Source of the DNA: the human T2T-CHM13v2.0 reference genome, Homo sapiens
Direction: 5' to 3' (one strand)
DNA length: 64,000 nt
NCBI RefSeq assembly: GCF_009914755.1
Contig: NC_060933.1
Shown: positions 1 to 16,964 of the stretch, piece by piece
Numbering within the stretch: the first letter of the stretch is position 1
Layout: each line of letters begins with the position of its first letter
The notes under the pieces: model-generated
Told to the model about the DNA's origin: nothing
Database searches by the model: none
The model's input: only the letters and a program-made list of their open reading frames with translations
Made by a program: the position numbers and the translations under genes

Positions 1-429
1 CACAAAGACCCCTTTCCTTCCTGTGAACTGTTTATGGTTCAGCCTAAAACAATGCGAACGCATACCAAAAACTGGGTTGGTATTAGAGCTATGCAAAAGG
101 GGTATTGTAAAGATAGTTTAAATTCATGCAGAAGGGTTTCTCTAGCATATTCAAAAGAGAAAGATGGTAGCAACAACCGAAGCGAGAAGAACAAGAACAA
201 GGTGAAACAGCAGAAGCATCAGCAATTAGTATTTAAGCATGGAAAACAAGGGTTGGTATGGAAAAGAGTGAAGAGGAAAATGTACAACAAAAAATTGCTG
301 GAATTTTCCCTGTCTCGCTTTTAAAATGCAAGCAGCCACAACAACAAAATAATTGCAAGCATCAACAACAACAAAAATCCTACTAGCAGGGGCTAAACCT
401 AGAAGCAACATTGTTTCTATACTAAGAAG

Positions 430-1270
<841 letters not shown>

Positions 1271-1523
1271 ACAAAGTATTTGCTTAAGAATTTGCTTTAA
1301 GAAACTGATTTTAGGAGTTACTGCCTTCGGGCAACATATCTTCCAGGCCTTTGTTTTCTGGTCTCGTGGTCTGGGACCGGAAATGAGCCACCACTTTCTT
1401 CAAGAGGCTCTTTCATGCTATTCAGGTCTTGTAATCACCCAACAGGTTCATCTTGCCCACTGCCCAGAAAAGTCAATGCACTCAGAACAGCAGGTTTTTG
1501 CAGCAAATAAAGAGTTACAGTGA

Positions 1524-1899
<376 letters not shown>

Positions 1900-1909
1900 A
1901 AGGCTAGGG

Positions 1910-2215
<306 letters not shown>

Positions 2216-2904
2216 AAGGCTAGGGTTTTTAAGGATAATTTGGTGGGCAAGGGGCTAGGGAATGGGTGCTGCTGCTGATTGGTTGGGGATGTAATCATAG
2301 GAGTGTGGAAAACAGTCCTTGTGTGCTGAGTTAGTTTCTGGGTGAGGCCACAGGACTGGCTGAGTCATGGGTGATGTGTCCAGGTGGAGTCAGTTGGTCC
2401 CAGAAAGCAAAAGTCTGAAAAACATCTTAAAAGGCCAATCTTAGGTTCTACAATAATGATGTTATCTACAGGAGCAATTGGGGAGGTCCCAAATCTTGTG
2501 ACCTCCAGCTTTATGACTTTTGAGCAGTAAGGGATTATAAGAAAGCAAGCTAAGGGACAATGGCTGGTTATTGTTTAATTACACATACATCTTAGCAGAT
2601 TAAGGCCCCTTCCACAATCCTAACCTAGTGGCCTTTTGTTAGTTGTACAAAGGCAGTTTCAGTCTCTGAACAAAGAGGACTTTGAGGGACCATCTTTGCT
2701 TCGAAGCTCAACTATAAATTCCTCCCATGGTTAGCTTGGCCTACACCCAGGAGTGAGCAAAGACAGCCAGCCTGTGAGGCTGGAAGCAAGATGGAGTCAA
2801 CCATGCTAGATTTCTCCCACTGTCATAATCTTTGCAAAGACAGTTTCAGTCTGGGTGAAGTTTGCAAATGTCTTTACTGTGTATTTTTCTTTTGACTCCT
2901 AGTC

Positions 2905-3445
2905 CTTCAGTTAGATTCAGTTAGAATTAGATTTGGTGGAAGACATAGACCCAAAATAAAGTGACTTAAATGAAAGTGCAGCTTATTTATCTTGGTTAAA
3001 GTGCAACTTATGTGGTAGCTCTGTCCACGAAGTCCTCAGGGACCGAACTCTTTCTATCTTGCTGCTTTCCTCTAATGCTCTGAGGGTTGAATTATGATCT
3101 AAAATGGCTACCTAGACAAGCCAACACATCTGCATTTCAATCAAAAGGAAGGATGATGGAAAAAAAGAAGACAAACTTTTGTCTTATCTGTTTGGTAAGG
3201 ATGGTTGCCACACCTTGCTACATGATACTTTCTCTTACAGCCATTACCCAGTGCATAGTCACAGGGCCACAGCTAGCTGCAAGGGAGGCTGAAAAATGTT
3301 GTCTTTCTTCTGGGTGGCCATGTTAGAATTAGATAAAGATATTTTATTACCTAGAATGTGAGCGTTCTAGTATTATGAAACAACAACAATAAAATAACAA
3401 CAACAACAACTGGATATTGAGGACCGGCCAGCAATCTCTGTCATC
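2905..3445. mobile_element. MLT1-type LTR fragment
   Basis: CATAGTCACAGGGCCACAGCTAGCTGCAAGGGAGGCTGAAAAATG is typical of MLT1. Confidence 0.6.
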
Positions 3446-4201
3446 CTCTCCTCTATTGAACTTAGTTCATCTGGGCTAATTCTGTCAGAAATTCTTTGAA
3501 CTTTAATCCAATGCACTAAATCTCGGTGAGGATATGAGTAGATTTCATGGAGCTGACAGCATCAGAGGGGAAAAAAGTCACTAATGAAAATCATATCTCA
3601 ACCCATTAATGAAAATCATATCCACTAGGGAGTACACATTCCTAAGCCCAGACCTTAGGGGTATATCTCTGCTTGCGACATGAATACTCATCAATGTAAG
3701 TTTTGCAAGTGGAACACTTAGTATTCTCAGGAGTAACCAAATGAATACAAGATGTTGACTCATGTCACTTTGACTCCATGAGGTGTTGATTTTGTATATA
3801 TAAACACAAACATTTAAATCAAAATTATATTTGCATCAATGATTTGCATCAATAAAAGTATGTCCTGGAGCAAATTTCATTTTGTAAATTTATAAAAAAT
3901 TCATTTTAATATTTTATGTTTTAAATTTTATATTACATACAAACTGTTATATAACATTTATATAACTGTTTCTCATTTTTCTACTTCACTAGAATTATTT
4001 TCACTGGAATCATTTCCAGTTCTTTTACATGTAAGCTTCCCATTGAAGTTACAATTTAGCATTATTTTTTGACTTCATGACAAATTATAGTCATTAGAGT
4101 TTCTGACATTATGAGTTTTCTTTTGTGGTTAATTAACCAAGACCAGTTGTTTTTCCGCTGAAACTTTGTAGATCTAAATCTTGTCAAAAAGATTTTATTG
4201 A

Positions 4202-4568
<367 letters not shown>

Positions 4569-4959
4569 AATTTTTCCTGTTTTCAATGTTACCAATCAGC
4601 AGTTATTTTTCAGTCAGTTTTAATTTTATAACTAAATTGTGTTCAGTTTTGGCCACTGTTAATTTCATTTTGTATTTATTTCTATCAAGTCCAGTTTTCC
4701 CTGTCAACCTGGTCACAATATCCTTGGCATAACAATAGCCAGGCAAAATAACAACAACAAAAAACCCAATGAGATAAAACCCCAAATTCCAGGCAACTAT
4801 TCTGACATGTTTGGTGGCTATAAAGATGGAAATAAATACATCTTAGGAATCTTCTAGTTCCATCTTCTCATTTTATAAGTGAGAAAACTGAGGTTTCCCA
4901 AGAAAGATGAAGTCTTGAGCCAGTGCAAGAGTTATTAAGGATGGAGGTGATGAGCAGGT

Positions 4960-5600
<641 letters not shown>

Positions 5601-5601
5601 T

Positions 5602-6240
<639 letters not shown>

Positions 6241-6409
6241 ATGGAGCCTAAGAAAGCCAAGGGAAAAAAGAGCTCAGGAAAAGGGAAAGTGGAAGCCAGT
6301 GATAGAAACTGAGGAAAGATAGGTGACAGGAGAACCTAGAGGACTGACTTGGAAACAAGCAAAGAAATCAAGTTTGAAAGGAGGTGAAACAAACCTTGTT
6401 TTAGCTATA

Positions 6410-7475
6410 TGATCCAGCTATTTGCTTAGGCCCCAAATTTAAGAATTATTTTTGACACTTTTCTTTTCCTTATCTCCCTTATCTAAACTCATCTCCAAGT
6501 CTGTCACATCTACCTCAGAATTATTCCTGAAATTTGTCCATTTCTATCATTTCTTACCTGCTCATTGCAAAAGCAACTCTTCTCTTTGCATCCTTTTAAA
6601 TTGTTTCTCAAAAGTTTCATGTATACACAGCAGCTAGCAGGGTGATGTTATAAAACTAGATCCTGTCACTTACGTGTTGATAACTCTTCACTAGTTTCCC
6701 CTTACACTTCGAATAAACTCGTATTCCTCACAGGAACCCAGAGAGTCTGTGCATGATGGGGACTCTCCTTGCCTTCTTGATCTCATCCTCTGTTCTTCCC
6801 ATGACCTACTTTCTCACTTTCTCCAAGGCACCACATTCTGCCCCTTCCCTATTGCTTGCTCACATGTAGATTCTTCTCTTGGCTGTTCTTTCCTTAGCTC
6901 TCCACAGAGTTGGCTGCTTCTCAGTTTACTGAACCTCTTCAGAGGGCACTTTCTTGACATCTCAAATCAAAAGGTCACCTGTCTTCCTTTAATTTCTCAG
7001 CAACTTATTTTCCTTCTACTTTTTTTTTTTTTTTTTGAGATGGAGTCTCGCTGTCGCCCAGGTTGGAGTGCAGTGGCGCGATCTCGGCTCACTGCAGGCT
7101 CCGCCCCCCGGGGTTCCCGCCATTCTCCTGCCTCAGCCTCCCGAGTAGCTGGGACTACAGGCGCCCACCACCTCGCCCGGCTAATTTTTTGTATTTTTAG
7201 TAGAGACGGGGTTTCACCGTGTTAGCCAGGATGGTCTCGATCTCCTGACTTTGTGATCCGCCTGCCTCGGCCTCCCAAAGTGCTGGGATTACAAGCGTGA
7301 GCCACCGCGCCCGGCCTTTCCTTCTACATTTAATGTTTGCTTTCTCAACTAGAAAGTAATCCCCATGAGGGAAGGCACAGCGTCTGTCTTGTTCCTGGTT
7401 GTTTCCCCAGCTTTTGTTAAGGGTGCTTGCCTGGCACACAGGAGGACCTTAAATTGTGGTGGAATTAATATGTGA
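6410..7475. mobile_element. L2 3' region split by an Alu
   Basis: L2 3'-end text ACTAGAAAGTAATCCCCATGAGGGAAGGC...TGCCTGGCACACAGGAGG. Confidence 0.6.
7020..7316 (-). mobile_element. AluY (AluYe5-like)
   Basis: Minus strand has GCGAGGTGG, AACCCCGGGGGGCGGAGCCTGCAG and GACAGCGAGAC variants; TSD TTTCCTTCTAC. Confidence 0.9.
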
Positions 7476-7544
7476 ACAATAGTCACATGCAGCAGAGGTG
7501 AGACTAGGCTAAGGAATAAAATTGCACATCTGTATTTCAGTAAC

Positions 7545-7761
7545 TTTTTTTAAATTTTATTTGAAACAGGGTCTTGCTCTGTGGCTCAGGGTGGAGTGTA
7601 GTGGCACGTTCATAGCTCATTGCAGCCTCGAACTCCTGGACCTAAGCAATCCTCCTGCCTCAGCCTCCATAGTAGCTGGACCACAGGTGCACGCCACCAC
7701 ACTCGGCTAATTTTTTAATTTTTTTGTAGAGACGGGGCCTCCCCAGGTTGCCCAGGCTGGT
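7545..7761 (-). mobile_element. Partial AluJ
   Basis: Right arm plus part of the left arm. Confidence 0.9.
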
Positions 7762-7849
7762 GATTTTTTTCTTAAGCTTCATAAAGATTTTGCAATTAGG
7801 AATACTAGGGTACCAGGGCAACTCTACAAGCCCTAGCCAGCCAAGCTGC

Positions 7850-8420
7850 TCGCGCCCTCCTATGACCGCGGCAGCTCCGCGCCTGCGCAGATCTCCCCCG
7901 GGCGGTCTCGCCCTCTCATCCTAAGGGGGCGGGCCTAGCGGAAGGCGGGTCAGGCAGAATGCGGCCCCGGGCGCGTGTGGATGACGTCACCCGGCGCGTG
8001 CCGGGGTAGCCCGTAGTAACCCCGAGTCTGCGGAAGTGGTGACCCGTGGGACGCGGCTGAGACAGGTAACCTGTTCGCTCCCTGTTGGGTCCCTGCCTTC
8101 CTCTCCTCCGGCGTCGGGATGGCGGCGGGGACAGCATCATTCCGTTCTGAAGGCGACGGGGAACCCTCCCTTACCCTCACTTTTGCTCGACCAGCGAGGA
8201 CCCGCATCCCCTCCTCAGTTCTCCCAGACTCCTGGGGCTGAAACCCATCCTGGGGACTGGGCGGAGCGGTCACATCTTACCACCTCAGCTGTAGAGGTGG
8301 CCACGGGCTCTGGCTGTCTTCTCCCCGGCGGCACAGACCTTTCTCAGCCTCTGGGTGCCTCCTCCTTCGTCTCTTGCCTCCAGGCCCTCGGTCACCTGCC
8401 GGTCTCGGCTTCTAGCCCCA
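7850..8420 (+). promoter_or_regulatory. AOPEP: CpG-island, TATA-less promoter of AOPEP
   Basis: Only extended GC/CpG-rich non-Alu stretch in the window. Contains NRF1-type GCGCCTGCGCA (7879-7889), GC box GGGGGCGGGCC (7925-7935), perfect CRE TGACGTCA (7982-7989) and ETS/GABPA-type CGGAAGTG (8031-8038), followed by a splice donor. Confidence 0.9.
8001..8065 (+). other. AOPEP: Non-coding exon 1 (start approximate)
   Basis: Donor CAG|GTAACC with GT at 8066-8067, just downstream of the promoter motifs. The TSS cannot be fixed from sequence. Confidence 0.75.
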
Positions 8421-9119
8421 CAGGGCTCATCTCCAGTCTTAAGTAGGCAGAACAGTTTCGATTCGATTCATTTCCACTTGCAGTGAAACCCATCCGCCTC
8501 TTCTTCCCCCGGAGGATCTTTACTGAGAGCACCACATTTTGAGTTTTGGGGTCCCTATAGAACATTCATACTGTTAGTCTGGAGTTTTGTTCATGAACGC
8601 ATGCATGGGCGGGGAGGGGGTGGCACAGTAATGTGATTATGATTATCTATTGTGATAATAAAATATCCACTTAGGATCCAATCCACTGTTGAGATGCATG
8701 GAACAGTTAATAGCATTGCATAAAATGCCCCTTGTACCTGATTTCTTTTTGGTTTTCGTGCAATGATGACAATTACCCTTGCAAAGGTAGCCCTCAAAAT
8801 AAGTAACATAACCCGCTAGGGATGTTTAGATCGCAAAAAAACAACAATAAGGTTCATATGGTTGATAAAGAAATAATATGGGTTATTACAAAACCAGACA
8901 GAATAGATGCTGAGTATATGGGACGAGAAGCAGAATTCTGAAATCCTTGATCTCATTGATTGTTTGGTTTTGTATTTTTAAAATACTTTTAGTCTGTTCC
9001 ATTTTTGAATAGTGTATATTGTGCTTCGTATAAGTCTGGGAAGGCTTCCAATGACTTGCTAATTGGGAAGATTAGATTCTTCCAATATTTGGGGGACAAA
9101 GTAGAATAAGGTTAGGGTA

Positions 9120-9362
9120 TAATAATAGTTGCTTACTGTTGGCCCATCTGCTTTATCCCAGGTACTGTGTTCAACACTTTGCATATGTTTTCTCCTTACT
9201 TCATACAACCACCTCGTGAGTTAGGAATTATTACCCCCAATTTATAGAGAAGGAAATTGAGTTTCGGTTATATGAAATTGACTTGCTAAAAATTCACAGT
9301 TAACTAAATGGCAAAATCAAGATTTAAATTCAGGTCTGAATATAACTTCAAAGCCTGCACTT
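9120..9362. mobile_element. MIR
   Basis: MIR core ATTATTACCCCCAATTTATAGAGAAGGAAATTGAG. Confidence 0.7.
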
Positions 9363-9539
9363 TTCTTAAAGGACTCTACTAATGCTCAAATTTTAGGCTT
9401 TTTACAATAGTTGCACACAATTTTATGAGTTTGTTCACCTACACAAATGATTTAACACTTTTTAATATCTTTAATACTGTGTTAAGTTCCCATATTCCTG
9501 GAGTTAAAACACCTGGAAAGCTTAATTTGTGATCCTTCC

Positions 9540-9552
9540 TGCGTGCGCGCAT

Positions 9553-9588
<36 letters not shown>
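9540..9588. repeat. Alternating purine-pyrimidine tract with (CA)17
   Basis: TGCGTGCGCGCATG(CA)17C. Confidence 0.95.
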
Positions 9589-9589
<1 letters not shown>

Positions 9590-10606
9590 ATCCTTATTTT
9601 TAAGAATGAGATAAATGGCAAACAAGATTGTGCAGTAAAACCCTGCTGTTTGGAGTCCTCAGGGAATGGGTAATTTTACAGTTGAGAGCTTAATACTTCT
9701 TTAGAAATGAAAATTTTATTGACTCTTTGAGATGGAAATTTTAAAAATGTACTACACAATTTCTTGCCTTCTTAAACACTCAGGATGCCGAGTAGATTTT
9801 TGACCTCACTGTGCCCGGTCGAGGACAGTTCTTCTAAGGAATTTGGCTGTGAGGAGATAAAGAAGAGTTAGAGGGAGATGTGGACTTAAGGGAGGGTTTT
9901 GTTCATTTGTGGGTTTTTCCTGTAAGAAGAGACTGGAACATTCACATTTGTGAGGTGGAAAGGGCTTGGAAACAGGAAGATGCTGAGGTCAAGGATTTAG
10001 AGGGCTGGATGATTGATGAAGCAAGGTCCCAGAGGCCACCAAAAGACGATCTCCAGAGCAGAGGCCACCTTCAGGCTATGCGGGGCACGAGGGACACTTC
10101 TTCCACTCTCCTGGGAGGGATGGGGAGAAGGGTGGGCACAGACGTGAGTGAGTGTGTGGGATGAGGAAGAAATGTGTGGAAGTTCTTGTGTGATGGAGCA
10201 AAAGTTCTTAAGTGCAGCAGGTGAATTTGCTGACATTGCGTTGATTTGTTGGGATAGGGATTGAGGAAAGTTGGTAGAAGTTTAGAATAATCACTGAGGG
10301 AAAAGGACAGGGTTTGATGGGGAGACTAGAGAGAAACATGAAGGGTTGCCTGTCCAGGAAAGTTGGTGTCCCACCAAAGTTGGAGTCTATGAATATCTAG
10401 AGTCAGATATTCTTGTGATCGTGATATTTATTCAGCTTTTGTTGAGCTTAGTAGTTTAGAAGTACAGAAGGTGGATGATTCCATTGCTTAAAGGTTTGGT
10501 TTTATAAAAGTTCTGTCAGAAGGATGAAAGAGCAAGAGACTTGAGGTTAAAATGTTCCAAGAGTGTTTGAAGAAATGAACTATGTTATTCTAAAGATGTC
10601 CATAGA

Positions 10607-10920
10607 GGCTGGGGGCACTGTGGCTCACTCATCCCAGCACCTTGGGAGCCCAAGGCAGGAGGATCCCTTGAGCCCAGGAGTTCAAGACCAGCCTGGGCAA
10701 CATGATGAAATCCTGCCACTACGAAAAATACAAAAATTAGCCAGGCATGATGGCATATGCCTGTAGTCTCAGGTACTTGGGGGAGGCTGAGATGGAAGGA
10801 TTAGCTTGAGCCCAGCAGGTCGAGGCTGCAGTGAGCTGTGGTGGCGCCACTGCACTCCAGCCTGGGAGACACAGTGATGAGACACTGTCTTTAAAAAAAA
10901 AAAAAAAAAGAAAGAAAAGA
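10607..10920 (+). mobile_element. AluJ
   Basis: Diverged dimer with A tail. Confidence 0.93.
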
Positions 10921-10931
10921 AGACCATAGAG

Positions 10932-11131
10932 CAGGGAGTCTCTACTTCTGAAACATTTATAATTCTCTGCTGTGGGGGGCTGTCCTGTGCATTGTAGGAT
11001 GTTAGCAGTATCTCTGGTCTCTGCCTATTAGATGCCTGTAGCAGACCTCTCCAGTGTGATAATCAAAAATGTCTCAAGACGTTGCCAAATGTCTTCTGAG
11101 GGGCAAAATCAGCCCCAATTGAGAACCACTG
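10932..11131. mobile_element. MER20 (hAT-Charlie MITE)
   Basis: CAG...CTG termini, MER20 core GGGCTGTCCTGTGCATTGTAGGATGTT, perfect 8-bp TSD CCATAGAG (10924-10931, 11132-11139). Confidence 0.9.
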
Positions 11132-11318
11132 CCATAGAGTCAGAGGAAGCAGATGGATTGGAGAAAATGTTAAAGCTAAGGGACTGGAGTCTCGATGAAA
11201 AAAGAAAGAGCTGGCAAGTAAGCAAGAGAAAGAGTAGGAAGACTGGGAGGCTGTGCTTGGAGGTTAGACTATTGAAATTATGTCACAGGTGGAACTCTTC
11301 CACATAATGAAAATGTCT

Positions 11319-11619
11319 GGGCCGGGCACAGTGGCTCACGCCTGTAATCCCAGCACTTTGGAAGGCCGAGGTGGGTAGATCACGAGGTCAGGAGATCGAG
11401 ACCATCCTGGCTAACGCAGTGAAACCCTATCTCTACTAAAAATACAAAAAATTAGCTGGGCGTGGTGGCGGGCGCCTATAGTCCCAGCTACTCGTGAGGC
11501 TGAGGCAGGAGAATGGCGTGAACTGGTGAGGCGGAGCTTGTAGTGAGCCGAGTTCGCGCCACTGCACTCCAGCCTGGGCGACAGAGCGAGACTCCATCTC
11601 AAAAAAAAAAAAAAAAAAA
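11319..11619 (+). mobile_element. AluY
   Basis: Full dimer. Confidence 0.95.
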
Positions 11620-12515
11620 GTCAAGAATGGACCATTGGTCTTCTTCTGTCTAGTATAAATTTTATAAACAGATTAATATCAGAGATCATTAATGCATTTC
11701 CTTGAGAGTGAAGAAAAAACGACATCCAGGCCTGTTTCCTAACAGCAGTGATTATTTCCACTTCCAGGCGTAGTGACCATTGTTCAGCCTGACCTCCATT
11801 AATTCTGTTGAGTAATTCTTTTGAAAAGTGATGTTTTTTATTTCTTGACTCATAAAGCGTGTAACTTACATGCTATTTGAGAATAAACCTCTATTTTACA
11901 TTGAGATTTATACCAAATGGCAAAATATAGGATCTCTCTATCTTCGGACAGAATGAGAAGAAACACTTTTTCTACAAGTAAAAATTGTTTTTAAAAAACA
12001 GCAAAAAGGATGAAATAGTTGCCTAAATAAGAGGCGTAACTCAGACGTATTCAGAAACTAGTTTTCAACCTTAGTTTCTGCTGCAGGTTTTCTCAGGATT
12101 GTGTAGTCATCATCACAGTGGTTATGAAGAATTAGGACATAGTTGGGTCGGTGGTTGTAATTCTGACTGGTTGTTTAATATAATTATACTATTTTATGTA
12201 CACTGAGAAATTTATATACTAAGTAAAGCATGTCTTGTAATGTTAAAGAAAAAAAAGACGATTAATTTGCTACGTGCAGTGAAGGCGAAGGTTGTTGGCG
12301 CTGAGTAGGTCATTTTGAGAGTGGGGAAATGGAGATAATATTACCTGTGGTTAGGGAGCAGGTTGGAAAAGCAGCAGCAGGACAGCCTCAGAGTTTCTGA
12401 AATGACACCAGGACTAAGGCTTTCTGGATGCTTGTTTTCTCACTCCGCCCGGTAAGTGCTTCTCAGCTCTTTTCTAGCATAATCATTTCCCCCAACTTTT
12501 ACTTCTCTCTTGTAG

Positions 12516-12842
<327 letters not shown>

Positions 12843-13107
12843 CAACTTGTTTTTTTAAATAGTACTTTTTAGGTGAATAGTTCTTCAGTATTCTCTTGAT
12901 TTGATTTTGTCATCTTTTTGCTAGGCCTCCAAAAAGCCCTGGTTTCTGTGCTATGTGATATACTTTTAGAGCAGTTCTTTTGCATTTGGGCATCTGATTA
13001 TAAAGTCTCTCGTTGGTAAAAGAAATGTCAACATATCTTTAAATTTTACAACTCTTAGAAGGTTTTTTTTCCCCCTGCCTTTTTTCCCTAGTCTGTTCTC
13101 TTTTGCC

Positions 13108-13438
<331 letters not shown>

Positions 13439-14356
13439 TAACATATACATATGTACAATGTTAATTGGGAACTAATTACAGTATACTCTAGAGGATGTAA
13501 GCAACTTCTAGAATATGCCTTTTAATATTCTCCCCATGTTTGATAATCCATGCTTTCAGTCAACTTTTTTTTTTTTTTACCTTATCTTTATGAGCATAAC
13601 CTACATTATTCATCAAGTAAGAATGGGTACTAATTCCCATCTCTTTTACAAAGCATTAAAAACACAACTGTCTTATCCACAGATACAAGCTGATGTAGGT
13701 TTTGTTGTTACATCATTAGTCTTGTCACTGAAAAACAGTAAGTAGGTGGCATTAAAAGCCTTGGAGTTTTAACTTGATTCTCATACAAATTTTTCAGGAA
13801 TCTAGTCTATTTGATAGGGTATAAGAAGTGTCTTCTATCAAGGAATTTCCTATGATAGGCAGTAAATTCCCTATTGGTGTTTAATAATGATATTTTATTA
13901 CCTTATTCACATACTTAAATATGAGGATTTCTAAGAAAAAGATATTACCTCAAGAAAGAGTGATGACTAGGATTTCATACGGACCTGATTTGTTTTGGTG
14001 TTTAGGATCTGGCACATCAAAGGAGAAATGGGTTGTTCTCTCCAGACCATGAAAATGGACATTTATACTAAATACAGAATATAAACTCAAGAGCATGACA
14101 GAAGACTATGTTTTATCAAATAACTTAACACTTTAAAAAGCAGCAGCATTACATTCTGGCAGTTGCTCTCTAGTGGCAGATAGCACAGATCTGTCTGTGT
14201 CCTATCTGCAGCAGTCTCTGTGCTGTCTGCAATCTTGGCCAAGTCAAGATCCTTCAGTGGTCATGTTTGAGCAAGTGGATGCCCAAGGACTTTGACAGTT
14301 AGTTTATAACAAATTTTTTTTTGTTTTGGAACATGGCATAACATCTTTTCTAATAA

Positions 14357-14724
<368 letters not shown>

Positions 14725-15954
14725 TAGTCATTTTCTTATGATGGTTTTAGAAATTCCTATTTTTACACCACATGGCAAATTGTAATGTTATGTAGTATTT
14801 GCACCGTGTAACCAGCTCATGGCAAGCACTTTAAACATACCCTTAGGTTCCTTCTGTATTGGTGTAGTTCTGTATTTGTTCTCTAGGTTTACACTTTTTT
14901 CTTCAGCATATATACCTTAGCCTTTATAAGAAATGGAATCTTAAAGGAAAATAAACTGTTGAAACTTACCTTTAAAACTTCCTAATTCATTTCAATATGA
15001 CCTACAAATTAAGTGTCAGTTGCCTGTTTAAATTTAAAAGATGATTGAGCTCCTGAAGATCTAAAGATATTTAAGCTATACCAAATGCATTTTCTTACCT
15101 TAATCCCAGGTGCTTTTCAATTTCCAGGAATTTGTTGAAATATTTTGTCTTGGCAAGGATGAACTGAATACATGTTCAGTTTACCACATAGAATCTGGTG
15201 CTGGGAGTATATTTTAAACCTTGATGAGGTGGATTCAAAACCATTTAGAGAGAAAGGGGCACCCATTTGCAGTGTGTAAAGTCTGGATCTTCCTCTGAAT
15301 GGAGAAATGTGCGTTCTATATTTATTCCCACAAAGAACTAGAATATAAATATTGAGATCTGAATGCCTTTTATTTATTTATTTTTATTGATTGATTTATT
15401 TACTGGCCTTGGCAATCCTCTGAGTTTATACTTGAGCTTATTTTGCCTCTAGATACAGTGCTCCCCGCCGAGTTTATCTGCACAGCTGCAGCGCCGGGAA
15501 CATGATCACCAAATAAATCCTAGGGTGGGGGAGCTTGTCTTGCTTTCTGGCTGAAGGAAGTGTAGTTGCCTAAGACAGGAACAGAGGGACCTCTTGCCCT
15601 TCCTACAGTTTTTCCTGTTATAGGAAGTATAATGTCCTACAGAGAAGGACAGAAAGATGGTTGGTGCAGTGTAGGAAGTGGGAGTTGTAAGGTCAGACAG
15701 AGGCCAGCAATTGGGGGAGGGATAAGGAAGCCTGCTTATACTTGGAGTTGCCAAGAAAAGGCCTGCTAATCACCCATATACAAGTTTTCAATAATGAGAA
15801 TTTCCTCAATATACTTAACAGCAAGAGTCCTACACAGGAAGCCCTGCAGTAAGTGGCCAGAGAATTTGCCAGATGCAGCCATTTTTAGCATCACTGAACT
15901 CTACAGTGGATTTTAAATAGTACTGGTTGGGAGGAGACCAGAGTTAGATTAAGC

Positions 15955-16051
15955 CTTTTCTCAAAGTTTGGTCTCTGGACCAGCATATTAATATTGGAAC
16001 TTGTTAGAAATGCAGATTCTTAGAGCCCAGTAGTCTGTGTTTGAACCACTG
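15955..16051. mobile_element. MER5A-like fragment
   Basis: GGAACTTGTTAGAAATGCAGATTCT core. Confidence 0.65.
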
Positions 16052-16440
16052 GCCCAGCCAATTCAACCTAATTGTAGTGGCAAAGTCAAAATATTGGGAA
16101 AGAATGAGTGAAAACTTCATTATATGTTAGAACATCTTCTGATGTTTATATAGGGATGGCAGGGAATGCTGTTTCAAGTTGAAGGACGGAAAAAACAGCT
16201 TCAGTTATAGATACCAGTAACATGCAACATTGTTCCTGTAGGTGGAGAATACCCCCATTTGTGGCTACAATTCACCCTGGTCTGGAATCTAAATTCTGCC
16301 AGATTATAATACAAGAGAGCTTTTCACTTTGCCTCTTTTTTCGTTTTAAATATTTATTCCTTGATTGTATTAATATTTATATATGCATTGACCAGTGAAA
16401 TTTTGTTTTCATGGCTTTGTGATGGCAAGAGTTGGTTTAA

Positions 16441-16942
<502 letters not shown>

Positions 16943-16964
16943 GCTAAATTTCCAAGGAGAGTGA

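Noticed and set aside
1-324. Lys/Gln/Asn-rich reading frame open from the window edge
   Set aside because: No protein family recognised and no clear splice signals; A-rich composition can explain it. A tblastx search would be needed to exclude a pseudogene fragment.
3582-3622. 16-bp direct repeat TAATGAAAATCATATC (similar short duplications near 3830, 19168, 20625, 30448, 58447)
   Set aside because: Two-copy micro-duplications typical of slippage; not an array and not CRISPR-like.
7916-8446. ORFs of 74-136 aa over the CpG island
   Set aside because: GC-rich DNA lacks stops; the + ORF has no ATG start and runs through the exon 1 donor.
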